NCBI GenBank assembly: GCA_946541645.1
Contig: CAMNJS010000002.1
Span: forward strand, 1 to 60,188
From: an uncultured Bacillota bacterium
GTDB taxonomy: Bacteria > Bacillota_I > Bacilli_A > RF39 > UBA660
Direction of reading: 5' to 3'
Length of the DNA: 60,188 nt
Made by a program: the position numbers and the translations under genes. Positions 36,867 to 46,025 of the stretch are shown piece after piece; position 1 is the first letter of the stretch, and each line of letters starts with the position of its first letter. The notes beneath the pieces were generated by a model. That model was not told where the DNA came from and did no database searches. It saw only the letters and a program-made list of their open reading frames with translations.

Positions 36867-38549
36867 CTAAGCTTGAATACTACTATACATTGAGAACATT
36901 GGCACAACAATTGAAAGTACAATAACTCCAACCATAGCTGTCAGCATAATTATTAGTGCTGGCTCGATAAATGTTTTTATTCTTGTAACTGAGTTTTTGT
37001 GCAAGTCTTGATAGTATGTTGATACTTTACGCATCATTTCTGGAAGTTGTCCTGTCTTTTCACCAGTTACTATCATTTCGTAGGCTGGTATAGGAAATGC
37101 CCAATGGTCTTTAAAGGCTAATGAAATTGATTTTCCTTTTGAAACGTTGTTTATTGCATCATATATTAACTCTTTATATATTTCATTATTTGTTACTTTA
37201 TTTAAAATTTCCATGCTGTCTGTTATAAAGACGTTGTGTGCAAGTAATGAGGCAAATGTTTTAGTGAATGTTGTAACTTCATTATAAATAACAACGTTTC
37301 CAAATACTGGAAGATGCATAATTATAAGTTGAATAGTTCTTTTAAATGTTTTTACATTTTTATATAGGTAAATGAATAGGAATAGCAATATAATAAAGGC
37401 AATACCAATATATATAATGTATTTTTTAAGAAAGTCGCTTAATCCTAGAACTATTTTGGTTATTTGTGGGATAGAAGCATTGTCCATACTGTTATATATA
37501 TCTACAAATTTTGGAACAACATATAGCATTATGAATGTTCCAACGCCAATTGCTATGACGAAAATGATTGCAGGATACATCATGGCTGTTACCATGGCTT
37601 TTCTTGTGGCTTCTATTTCGGTGAAATATTCTTCCATATCGTCTAATGTTTCTGGTAGTTCTCCTGTCATTTCCGCTGTTTTTACCATGTTTATTAGTAT
37701 TGATGGAAATGTATCGCCTTGCTTGGCTAGTGCTTCACTAAAGCTTAGACCTATTGTTAAATCATATACGATAGTTCTTAAGATTTTTTTGTATTTTGGA
37801 TTATTGAATTGTTTTACAAGGATGCGGCACGCTTCAGCAAGGGAAATGCCGGCTTTTAGATATGTTGATAGTTGTGCGAGTAAGAATATTAAATCTTTTG
37901 TTTTGAATTTTCCTTCTGATTTCCCATGGGAACCATGTAATAAATTAATCCATTTATTTGTTTCGATTTTATATACTTTATTTCCTTCGCTAACTAGAAA
38001 TGAATGCACTTCTACTTTCGAAAATGCGTTAAAATAACCTTTGACTACTTTGCCATCTGGATCTTTTATTAAATATTCATATGCTTGTTTTGTTTTTGAT
38101 TTAATTGCGTCTGGTCCATTGAAGTTAATTTTTAATTCTGGCAAGTTTATATCTTTTTTAGCTCCTAAATCTTTATTTAAAAAGGCAAAAATTGATTTTA
38201 AAGGTGATGGTTTCTTAGGCTTATCTTTATCTAATAAACTATCACTGTCGATATTTTTCTCTCTTAATTTATTATTTCTATTTCTTATTTTTTCTTCTTT
38301 ATTTTCTCTTATTGCAGCTTGTTTTTTGCTTTCTATTAATAAGTCATTGCTGCTGGTTTCTTTTGCTTTATTTCTTATAAAAATGTTTTTAAGGCCAAGG
38401 ATTGAATATTTTAAAATTTGAATAATTAGTCCTGGCAATCTTAATATTCCTAGGAAGAAATACTTTATGAAACTAATTATAAACGTTAAAATAGCTATAA
38501 GCCCATGATATACATATATGCATGGTTTAAATATAATGGTTAGACTCAT
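36867..38549 (-). CDS. pilC: Type II secretion/type IV pilus platform protein (GspF/PilC family) with a ~140-aa N-terminal membrane/basic extension
   Basis: Two T2SSF repeats (LIFLLAQLSTYLKAGISLAEA; FTKTFASLLAHNVFITDSM) and a PilC N-domain (YEYLIKDPDGKVVKGYF). GGAAGGTG RBS precedes ATG 38549. Confidence 0.8.
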   Translation of the reverse strand: MSLTIIFKPCIYVYHGLIAILTFIISFIKYFFLGILRLPGLIIQILKYSILGLKNIFIRNKAKETSSNDLLIESKKQAAIRENKEEKIRNRNNKLREKNIDSDSLLDKDKPKKPSPLKSIFAFLNKDLGAKKDINLPELKINFNGPDAIKSKTKQAYEYLIKDPDGKVVKGYFNAFSKVEVHSFLVSEGNKVYKIETNKWINLLHGSHGKSEGKFKTKDLIFLLAQLSTYLKAGISLAEACRILVKQFNNPKYKKILRTIVYDLTIGLSFSEALAKQGDTFPSILINMVKTAEMTGELPETLDDMEEYFTEIEATRKAMVTAMMYPAIIFVIAIGVGTFIMLYVVPKFVDIYNSMDNASIPQITKIVLGLSDFLKKYIIYIGIAFIILLFLFIYLYKNVKTFKRTIQLIIMHLPVFGNVVIYNEVTTFTKTFASLLAHNVFITDSMEILNKVTNNEIYKELIYDAINNVSKGKSISLAFKDHWAFPIPAYEMIVTGEKTGQLPEMMRKVSTYYQDLHKNSVTRIKTFIEPALIIMLTAMVGVIVLSIVVPMFSMYSSIQA

Positions 38550-38654
38550 ATAAGCACCTTCCTATTCTTTACTTTTTTATTATATCATATTTGTAATTAA
38601 AAATAAAACTTTTTTTAATATAATCATATAATAGTTTAGAAAGGAAGTTATAAT

Positions 38655-38969
38655 ATGAATTATTATTATCCTTATTATGTTAATCCCGTTAGTATAGGTC
38701 GTCCTAGCTTGTTTTATTCACTTTTTAATCGTGGTGGTTTTTCGCTTAACACTTTGCTTAATGGTGCTCAGCGAGCATTAGGCCTTGTTAATCAAGCCCT
38801 TCCGATAATTAAAGAAGCGGCTCCAATGATGAGAAATGCTCGAACTATGTTTAAGGTCATGAATGAGTTTAAGAAGATTGATTCTCCTATTAATACTAAT
38901 ACTCAAACTATTTCTGAAGAGAAACCGCTTTATTCTGATAATGGGTCTGGCCCTACTTTTTTTGCATAA
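38655..38969 (+). CDS. VrrA/YqfQ-like small protein
   Basis: LLNGAQRALGLVNQALPIIKEAAPMMRNARTMFKVMNEFKK resembles the conserved core of Bacillus YqfQ. Its position beside trmK-sigA-dnaG parallels the yqf region. AAGGAAG RBS. Confidence 0.45.
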   Translation: MNYYYPYYVNPVSIGRPSLFYSLFNRGGFSLNTLLNGAQRALGLVNQALPIIKEAAPMMRNARTMFKVMNEFKKIDSPINTNTQTISEEKPLYSDNGSGPTFFA

Positions 38970-38997
38970 GAAAACTACAATTATGATGTAGTTTTTT
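38970..38997. terminator. Bidirectional terminator between the YqfQ-like gene and trmK
   Basis: aaaactaca-attatga-tgtagtttttt. The trmK stop lies in the loop. Confidence 0.7.
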
Positions 38998-39448
38998 GAT
39001 ATTTAAAGTATAAAATTGTGTATTTTCTTTTGTCAAAAATGTCTTTTTCTAAATCTATATTATAGTTTTTATTTATTAAAAATTCTTTTAGTTCATTTAT
39101 GTCTGTGTGTGTTACTATAATTAAATCGTTTGTTAATTGAAGATTTAATATATTCTTTATTGTTTTTGTTCCCATGCCTGATATTACGATAATTTCATCA
39201 TTTAGATTTATACCGTTTAACCCGTCATTTACTTTTGTTTTTATATTTGCATCATATTTTTTTATGTTTTCTTTTGCCCTTTCTATACATTTTTCGGATA
39301 TATCTATGGCTAAACAGACACAGTTTTTGTGTTTATTTAAATATATATCTAGCAATGCGTGGTCGGCACCAACATCAATAATTTTTGAATTTGGTTTTAT
39401 TAGATTACATATTTCTTGGAGTCTAGGTTTTAATTTTAAATTAGTCAC
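38981..39448 (-). CDS. trmK: tRNA (adenine22-N1)-methyltransferase TrmK, short form (155 aa)
   Basis: [34 protein letters not shown] parallels the Bacillus TrmK N-terminus. The GTG start overlaps the sigA stop. It lacks the usual C-terminal extension. Confidence 0.7.
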   Translation of the reverse strand: MTNLKLKPRLQEICNLIKPNSKIIDVGADHALLDIYLNKHKNCVCLAIDISEKCIERAKENIKKYDANIKTKVNDGLNGINLNDEIIVISGMGTKTIKNILNLQLTNDLIIVTHTDINELKEFLINKNYNIDLEKDIFDKRKYTILYFKYQKTTS

Positions 39449-40517
39449 CTAAATAATCTTTTAATTTGCGACTTCTTGATGGGTGTCTTAATTTTCTTAG
39501 GGCTTTTGCCTCTATTTGTCTAATACGCTCTCTAGTTACTCCAAATAATTGTCCTACTTCTTCTAGGGTTCTTGGTCTGCCATCTTCTAGTCCGAAACGA
39601 AGTCTTATTACTTTTTCTTCTCGCTCAGTTAGGGTTAATAATACTTCGGAAATTTCATCTTTCAATAATTCATTAATTGCAAAGTCTTCTGGGCTCATGT
39701 TTGTTTCATCAGGAATGAAATCACCTAAGTGTGAGTCTTCTTCCTCCCCTATTGGTATTTCTAAGCTTACTGGCTCTTGACTTATTTTGTATATATCTCT
39801 GATTTTTTCAACGCTTGTTCCCATTTTTTTAGATAGTTCTTCTTCTGTTGGTTCTCTGTTTAATTCTAGGGTTAATTGTCTTTCGATTCTGGCTAATTTA
39901 TTTATAGTTTCAACCATGTGAACTGGTACTCTTATTGTTCTTGCTTGATCGGCGATTGATCTAGTTATAGCCTGTCTAATCCACCAAGTTGCGTATGTTG
40001 AAAATTTATAACCTTTGGTTACGTCGAATTTTTCTACGGCCTTCATTAGTCCGATGTTTCCTTCTTGTATTAAGTCTAAAAATAGCATTCCTCTTCCAAC
40101 ATATCTTTTAGCTATACTAACTACTAAACGGAGATTGGCTTCTGCTAATGTTGCTTTGGCAACTTCATCGCCTTCTGCTATTCTATCGGCTAGTTCTAAT
40201 TCTTCTTCTGTTGTAAGTAGTTTTATTTGTCCAATTTCTTTTAGATACATTCTAACTGGGTCATTAATGGTTAAATCTTTTGTTAATAGTTCATCGCTTA
40301 TATTTTTAACATCGCTATCACTATCATCTTCATTTTCAGATATTACTTGAATATTGTTTTCATTTAATGCATTATATAAGTCATCTAGCGAATCGGCGTC
40401 TAATTCTAAATTTTTTAATTTTTCGGCTAATTGTTCATAGGTTAGTGTCCCATTTTTTTTACCTAATTCTATTAATTCTTTTTTTCTTTCTTCAAAAGTT
40501 TTAATTTCTTCAAACAT
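39441..40517 (-). CDS. sigA: Primary RNA polymerase sigma factor (SigA/RpoD)
   Basis: [11 protein letters not shown], region 2 ([31 protein letters not shown]), and region 4 ([30 protein letters not shown]). Confidence 0.95.
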   Translation of the reverse strand: MFEEIKTFEERKKELIELGKKNGTLTYEQLAEKLKNLELDADSLDDLYNALNENNIQVISENEDDSDSDVKNISDELLTKDLTINDPVRMYLKEIGQIKLLTTEEELELADRIAEGDEVAKATLAEANLRLVVSIAKRYVGRGMLFLDLIQEGNIGLMKAVEKFDVTKGYKFSTYATWWIRQAITRSIADQARTIRVPVHMVETINKLARIERQLTLELNREPTEEELSKKMGTSVEKIRDIYKISQEPVSLEIPIGEEEDSHLGDFIPDETNMSPEDFAINELLKDEISEVLLTLTEREEKVIRLRFGLEDGRPRTLEEVGQLFGVTRERIRQIEAKALRKLRHPSRSRKLKDYLGD

Positions 40518-40520
40518 ATT

Positions 40521-42239
40521 TTACACTCCTTTTTTTAGATCAATTATTTTTTGAGCAATTTCTGCTTTTTCTATTGGATCTACTATTTCTTGCATTTTTG
40601 CTTGCATTCTTTCAATTGCATTATTTATATTATATTCTTTTATTACATTTATGTAATCTTCTATTTCTTCTAATGTGTATGCGGCTGCTGACATGTTTTG
40701 GTTAACTTTTTTTATTGTTTCTATAAGGTCAGTATCTCCTTCGATATAATCAATGAAATTAGCTTCGTCAATATTTCCATGTTCTTTATAGTACATACTT
40801 ATTTCACGGGCTAAAAGACGGTATTCTTTTGTTGGCATAAATGTAACTTTTTTGTCGTACATTTTAATTATTTCTGGACTTTTTAACATAAAGTATAATA
40901 GGTTTTTTTCGGCTTTTTCATATTTAGAACTATTTATTATTTTTGCATCTTTTTTTGGTACTTTCTTTTTTTGAGTTAGGTGTTTCCTTATAACTTCTTC
41001 ACTTATGTTTGTCTCACTGACAATTTTTTTAATAGTTACTTCTTTTAAAATATCATCGTCTATCTTATTTATTTCATCGATTACTTGCTTTATATATAAT
41101 GTTTTATCTTCGGCGTCATTTAAATTCTTGTTGTTTTTTAAGTATGATAATTCAAAGTCCATTATGCTGATTGGATTTGCGATTTTCTTTTCAAAAGCAT
41201 CTTTGCCATATTTTATTATATATTCATCTGGATCAAGATTTTCTTCTAGTCTTATGACTTTAGGAATGGTACCTATTTTGTTTAGTTCTTCGGCGCAAGC
41301 TTTTGTAGCTTTTGCTCCTGCTTCGTCTCCGTCAAAACATAATATTATTTCTTTAGCCATCTTTTTTATTAGATTTGCTTGCTTATTAGTTATGGCGGTT
41401 CCCATTGATGCAACGCAATTTTTGATGCCTATTGAATGTGCTCTAATTACATCCATGAACCCTTCCATGATTATTATTTGATTTTTTTGTCTGGCTATGT
41501 CTTTGGCTCGGTGGTAATTATATAGTAGTTCGCCTTTTTTGAATAACTCTGTCTCTCTTGTGTTAAAGTATTTTGAGTTGTCTTCACGGTCATAAATACG
41601 TCCACTGTATGCGATTACGTTCCCACTTAAATCATATAATGGAAACATTATACGGCCGTAAAATAAGTCATAAAAGCCATATTCATTTTTGCCAATTAAT
41701 CCACTTTTTGTTAGTTCTTTTTCATCAAAATTTTTCTTTTTTAAAATCTTTGAAAGAGCGTCTCTGCTATTTAAGGCGAGCCCTATTTGAAATTCTTTTA
41801 TTATGTCTTCATTAATATTTCTTTTTTTTAGATATTCTTTGGCTTTTTTTCCTTGAGGAGTATTTATGTTATTCATATAAAATTTTAAACTTAAATCGTA
41901 TATTTGATGCTGCACTGTGTGATTCTTTTCTTTTTTGATGTTACCTAATTCTATGTGCACCCCACCAATATCTGCTACTTTTTTTACGGCTTCACTGAAT
42001 GATATGTTTTCATAGTCCATTATGAAATTAAAAACTGTTCCAGTGGCTCCGCATGAGAAGCATTTATATATTTGTTTATCTGCGCTTACGCTCATGCTTG
42101 GATTGCTGTCGTCGTGAAATGGGCAAATTCCAAAGTAATTTTTTCCTCTTGGTGTTAATGATACATATGATGATATTACGTCAACGATATTTACGCTATT
42201 TCTTATTTCGTTAATTTTCTCTTGTGTAAGTAATTTCAT
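40521..42239 (-). CDS. dnaG: DNA primase
   Basis: Zinc finger CPFHDDSNPSMSVS...CFSCG, a TOPRIM region (IIIMEGFMDVI, CFDGDEAGAKA), and the conserved dnaG-sigA order. Confidence 0.93.
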   Translation of the reverse strand: MKLLTQEKINEIRNSVNIVDVISSYVSLTPRGKNYFGICPFHDDSNPSMSVSADKQIYKCFSCGATGTVFNFIMDYENISFSEAVKKVADIGGVHIELGNIKKEKNHTVQHQIYDLSLKFYMNNINTPQGKKAKEYLKKRNINEDIIKEFQIGLALNSRDALSKILKKKNFDEKELTKSGLIGKNEYGFYDLFYGRIMFPLYDLSGNVIAYSGRIYDREDNSKYFNTRETELFKKGELLYNYHRAKDIARQKNQIIIMEGFMDVIRAHSIGIKNCVASMGTAITNKQANLIKKMAKEIILCFDGDEAGAKATKACAEELNKIGTIPKVIRLEENLDPDEYIIKYGKDAFEKKIANPISIMDFELSYLKNNKNLNDAEDKTLYIKQVIDEINKIDDDILKEVTIKKIVSETNISEEVIRKHLTQKKKVPKKDAKIINSSKYEKAEKNLLYFMLKSPEIIKMYDKKVTFMPTKEYRLLAREISMYYKEHGNIDEANFIDYIEGDTDLIETIKKVNQNMSAAAYTLEEIEDYINVIKEYNINNAIERMQAKMQEIVDPIEKAEIAQKIIDLKKGV

Positions 42240-42395
42240 ATTATCTTACCCCTCTATAGTTTAATATTCTATTTTTTTTGCTAATTTCCTTTTTTTTTCG
42301 TGATTTTTTTTTAAAAAGGTTAAATTTATTGCTTTTTTTCGAACCTATGTTTCCTTTTTTTACAATAAAGAAGCCATTTTAATATGGCTTTGATT

Positions 42396-42743
42396 TTATA
42401 TATTTTTAAATAGTTTATTTATTTCGTCTTTATAATTTAACTGCTCTGCTATTTTTAAATAAGCTTCTTCTTTGCTACACAAATTATAAATAGTATCACC
42501 CTTTAAATAAATTTTATATCCATCTTTTCTATTTAAACCTATTTTATTATGGGTAAGGAGTTCTTCAACATATGGATTTTTGTCTAATTTAATTTTAACT
42601 ACTACGCTGTTCATTTTTAATTTATTATATGGGTTATGTTTTGAAAGCTTGAAAACTGGTTTAAATGTTTTTATACTTAATGTTTTATTGGAGGAATTAA
42701 TTTCTAGGTAGCTTATTGGAATCGATGCATATTGTGTTATCAT
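42396..42743 (-). CDS. Hypothetical 115-aa protein
   Basis: AAGGAGGG RBS lies 6 nt before ATG 42743 (MITQYASIP...). A hairpin follows the stop. No family recognised. Confidence 0.5.
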   Translation of the reverse strand: MITQYASIPISYLEINSSNKTLSIKTFKPVFKLSKHNPYNKLKMNSVVVKIKLDKNPYVEELLTHNKIGLNRKDGYKIYLKGDTIYNLCSKEEAYLKIAEQLNYKDEINKLFKNI

Positions 42744-42798
42744 GGTATCCCTCCTTTTCAAGTATTATATATTTTAAATTTTTTTTGTCAATTGTTTT

Positions 42799-42831
42799 AA
42801 AAAAAATAAGACAAATTTGTCTTATTTTTTG
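42799..42831. terminator. Bidirectional-shaped terminator downstream of the dinD remnant
   Basis: aaaaaaaataagaca-aatt-tgtcttatttttt. Confidence 0.7.
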
Positions 42832-42973
42832 AGCTGCATGCTCATCTATATAAAACGCTAGCGCAGTAGCGGGCTTATGATAACGATTTAGTGTTATTTT
42901 AGTAATGACTGTCTGTTATTTATTATATGCATATTTTTGTATTTTATTTTCATTATTAATATATTATTTTTAT

Positions 42974-43324
42974 TTATTTGTGTGTACATAATTTAATTAT
43001 TTTTTCTAATTTTTTTAAACTATTTTTTTGGCGTTGCAATTTTTCTGGCATTGTTTCTCCTAATCTTTTAATACTATTTCTTACTCCTCTTTTACTTCAT
43101 AATGAATTGAATTTGCAATATATTCATTAGCTACATTATCTCTTTTTAATTTAGTATCAGTTTAAACAATTTTAAAAATATTATCAGCAAGTTCCTCGCT
43201 TCCTATATTGATGATATTCTAAAACTCTTTGCAATTCTCTTGCTAACCATTATTCATTACCATTTTCATCAATGTGCTTTATGTCTTCAAAAATTTTTTG
43301 TGTATATTCTTTTATTTCATTCAT
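42974..43324 (-). pseudogene. dinD: Decayed DNA-damage-inducible protein D (DinD-like) gene: in-frame stop, frameshifts and a large internal deletion
   Basis: My minus-strand translation gives MNEIKEYTQKIFEDIKHIDENGNE*WLARELQRVLEYHQYR. After frame changes it continues SEELADNIFKIV*TDTKLKRDNVANEYIANSIHYEVKEE* and then VRNSIKRLGETMPEKLQRQKNSLKKLEK. These parallel the DinD N-terminus (FEEIK..NG.E.WSAR.L...LGYSEYR) and C-terminus (ELAANLF...EEKLKRDGV...VR..I..LGGTMPE.L). The middle ~150 codons are missing. Confidence 0.7.
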
Positions 43325-43340
43325 TTTATCATCTCACTTT

Positions 43341-45359
43341 CTATGGACTACAAGTTTCTATCTTTAATTTATTATTTTTAATCTTAAACATAATACTTCC
43401 GTCATGATCTGTTCTATATATTTTTGAATTATTTAGATTTTCTAATACTTCTTTATTTGGGTGCCTATACCTGTTATTCTTTCCAGCAGATATAGCACTA
43501 TATTTTGGATTTATCTCATTAATAAACTCTTTACTACTACTTGTCTTAGATCCATGGTGTCCTACTTTTAATACATCTATATCTGGTAAATTATATTTAT
43601 TTAATATTTCTTTTTCAGTAGTGCTAGATGCATCTCCCATAAACATAAATTTATATCCATCAAGTTCTGTATAAATTACATTGCTGTTATCATTTTCATT
43701 ATCATATTTTTTAGTTTGAAGAAAATATAACTTATTCTTATCTATATTTAATTCTTTAATACATGAATAATATTTAATTTTCTTTTTATTTAAAACTTTG
43801 ATTAATTCTTTTTCTAAATCATTATAAGGCCCGCAATTGAATATTACTTTCTCAATTTTAAAGTTATTTACTAGATTAATAGCTTCTCCCATATGATCGA
43901 AGTCTCCATGAGTTATTATTAGATATGTTATCTTCTTAATTCCTTCAGCTTTTAAGTATGGGATGAGCAATTTTTTGCTTAATGAATAATTTGTTAGCCC
44001 TCCTGTATCAATTAGTATCCTTTCTTTGTTATGCTTAAGTTTTATAAGTAGTGAATCTCCTTGTCCGACGTCAATTACTGTTATAGTGGTATCTTTATTT
44101 ATGAAGTTTATATTATTATGAATCATTAAAACTATTAAGATTAACCACATATAATTTTTGCCTTTTCGGTTCCAAATTATTAATATGGCTGTAATAAGGA
44201 TAAAATATAGAATGAAAAATATTGGTTTTATATGATTAAGAGTAATCGTTAAAAATTTGATTTTTTTTAATGTGATTACTAATAGTTCGAACAACTTAGT
44301 TATTTTGTATAAGATTGTGTCAAGTGGTTTTATAAAAAATGCCAGAAGTATTAGTGGGTATATTATAAATGTAATTAGTGGTATGAAAATTATATTTGTT
44401 ATTATTGAAAAAAAGTTTATTTCAAAGTAATTATTTATAATGTATGGCATACTTACACTAAAGGCGATTAAGGATATTTTTAATGATTTAATTATATAAT
44501 TATTTTTACTGAATAGGTTTTTAAATATTATAATGTATATTGTTATTGTGAATGTTAAAAGAAAACCTAGATCGTATATATAGTATGGATTTATATTTAA
44601 TAAAAATAAAATAATGAAAATGTGAAGATTTATTTTATTTATTTTTATATTTGCGATTTTAGCTGTGTTTGTTACTATATGTGTTATTGCACTTCTTAGT
44701 AGCGAGGCTGGGTAGTTTGTTATAAAAAGATAAAAAATTAATATATTTGTTTTTATTATTTGATTTATTTTACTATTTTTTATAATCTTATTTAAGAAAA
44801 TATTTATCATATATAATATGGTTATTATATGCATTCCTGATATTGCAATTAGATGGCTGATGCCATTTTGCTTTATGCCTTCTTTTGTATTTATGTCTAT
44901 TTCGTTTTTGTCACCTAATATAAAGGCTTTTAGGTATGCTTTACTTTTATATTTATTTATATGACTTATTATTTTGTTTTTAATTTTATATTTTAATTTT
45001 ATTTTTGTATTTATTTTGTTTATGCTTTTTGCCTTAAATATATAATATATTTTTTTACTTAATAAATATTTTTTATAGTTAAAAAGATAGAAAACTCTGT
45101 TGTTTTCTGGCTTTATTAGCTTTCCGTTTGCTTCAATTTTTTCGCCTAATTTACATTTGTAGTTATCACTATATTTTATTAGAAGCTTCTCTTTTCCGCT
45201 TATTATAATATTTTTGTTTTCACATAATGTTATTGTACCGTAGACAGTAGTTTCGCTTTTATCATATTTGCTTTGCCTTGGCCACTTTAGTTTTACGATA
45301 AATCCTATTAAAAGAAGAATACATAAACTATACTTTAATGTGGTTTTTAATTTTTTCAT
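43341..45359 (-). CDS. comEC: DNA internalisation competence protein ComEC/Rec2
   Basis: Multi-TM Competence domain plus a C-terminal metallo-beta-lactamase domain (VIDVGQGDSLLI, THGDFDHMG, VGHHGSKTSS). Confidence 0.88.
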   Translation of the reverse strand: MKKLKTTLKYSLCILLLIGFIVKLKWPRQSKYDKSETTVYGTITLCENKNIIISGKEKLLIKYSDNYKCKLGEKIEANGKLIKPENNRVFYLFNYKKYLLSKKIYYIFKAKSINKINTKIKLKYKIKNKIISHINKYKSKAYLKAFILGDKNEIDINTKEGIKQNGISHLIAISGMHIITILYMINIFLNKIIKNSKINQIIKTNILIFYLFITNYPASLLRSAITHIVTNTAKIANIKINKINLHIFIILFLLNINPYYIYDLGFLLTFTITIYIIIFKNLFSKNNYIIKSLKISLIAFSVSMPYIINNYFEINFFSIITNIIFIPLITFIIYPLILLAFFIKPLDTILYKITKLFELLVITLKKIKFLTITLNHIKPIFFILYFILITAILIIWNRKGKNYMWLILIVLMIHNNINFINKDTTITVIDVGQGDSLLIKLKHNKERILIDTGGLTNYSLSKKLLIPYLKAEGIKKITYLIITHGDFDHMGEAINLVNNFKIEKVIFNCGPYNDLEKELIKVLNKKKIKYYSCIKELNIDKNKLYFLQTKKYDNENDNSNVIYTELDGYKFMFMGDASSTTEKEILNKYNLPDIDVLKVGHHGSKTSSSKEFINEINPKYSAISAGKNNRYRHPNKEVLENLNNSKIYRTDHDGSIMFKIKNNKLKIETCSP

Positions 45360-45975
45360 AAGCGGCTTCTCCGATACCTGGGACGTTTTTAATTTCTTCT
45401 ATTTCTTTAAACTTTTGATTTTTGTTTCTGTATTCTATTATGGCTTCGGCTTTTGACTGCCCAATTCCTTCTAGTTTTTGAAGCTGCTCTTTAGTGGCTT
45501 CATTTATATTTATAAGTTCGCTTTCTTCATCTATTATTTTTGCCTCTTCATCTTCAGTTTTAATGCAGGCATTGTTGCAAGACTGGCATGTTTCTGTTTT
45601 TTCTTTTTTCATTTCTTCTATTTCTTTTTTTGAATATACTATTATAACCATTTCGTCTTTTAATTTTTTGCTTAGATTTATATTGCTTGTGTCGCTATTT
45701 TGGGTAAGCCCACCGGCAGCTTTTATGGCGTCATTTACGTTGTTTTGGCTAGTTAGCTCATATACACCCGGAGTTATAACTTCTCCTTTTATGTCAATCA
45801 CTATTTTATCTTGATTTTTTTCATCTATTCTTTCTTCTTTTTTTATTTTATCTTTAACAGTTATTTCTTCTTTTGGTTTTTCATATTCTTCATCTATAGT
45901 CCAGAATATTGTAACTGCTGTAAATATGATAAAACAAATAATAAATATAATATTTTTGTATTTTTTTAATTGCAT
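45328..45975 (-). CDS. comEA: Competence DNA receptor ComEA (SLBB + helix-hairpin-helix)
   Basis: N-terminal TM segment, SLBB-like region (IDIKGEVITPGVYEL...VNDAIKAAGG), and a C-terminal HhH (INEATKEQLQKLEGIGQSKAEAIIEYR...IPGIGEAAYEKIK). It overlaps the comEC start by 32 nt. Confidence 0.85.
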   Translation of the reverse strand: MQLKKYKNIIFIICFIIFTAVTIFWTIDEEYEKPKEEITVKDKIKKEERIDEKNQDKIVIDIKGEVITPGVYELTSQNNVNDAIKAAGGLTQNSDTSNINLSKKLKDEMVIIVYSKKEIEEMKKEKTETCQSCNNACIKTEDEEAKIIDEESELININEATKEQLQKLEGIGQSKAEAIIEYRNKNQKFKEIEEIKNVPGIGEAAYEKIKNHIKV

Positions 45976-46025
45976 AAAAAATCACCCTCTATTATTTAAT
46001 ATACTGGGTGATTTTTATATTTCCT

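Noticed and set aside
36857-36931. Longer pilD start that overlaps the pilC 3' end by 65 nt.
   Set aside because: The extra 25 residues are Cys/Gln-rich and non-homologous. The conserved prepilin peptidase N-terminus begins at ATG 36856, which has an AGGGGGA RBS.
42240-42395. Long poly-T/poly-A tracts upstream of dnaG as a possible regulatory leader or riboswitch.
   Set aside because: Apart from one terminator-like hairpin (about 42370-42392) belonging to the upstream gene, I could find no conserved-looking helices. It looks like a plain AT-rich promoter region.
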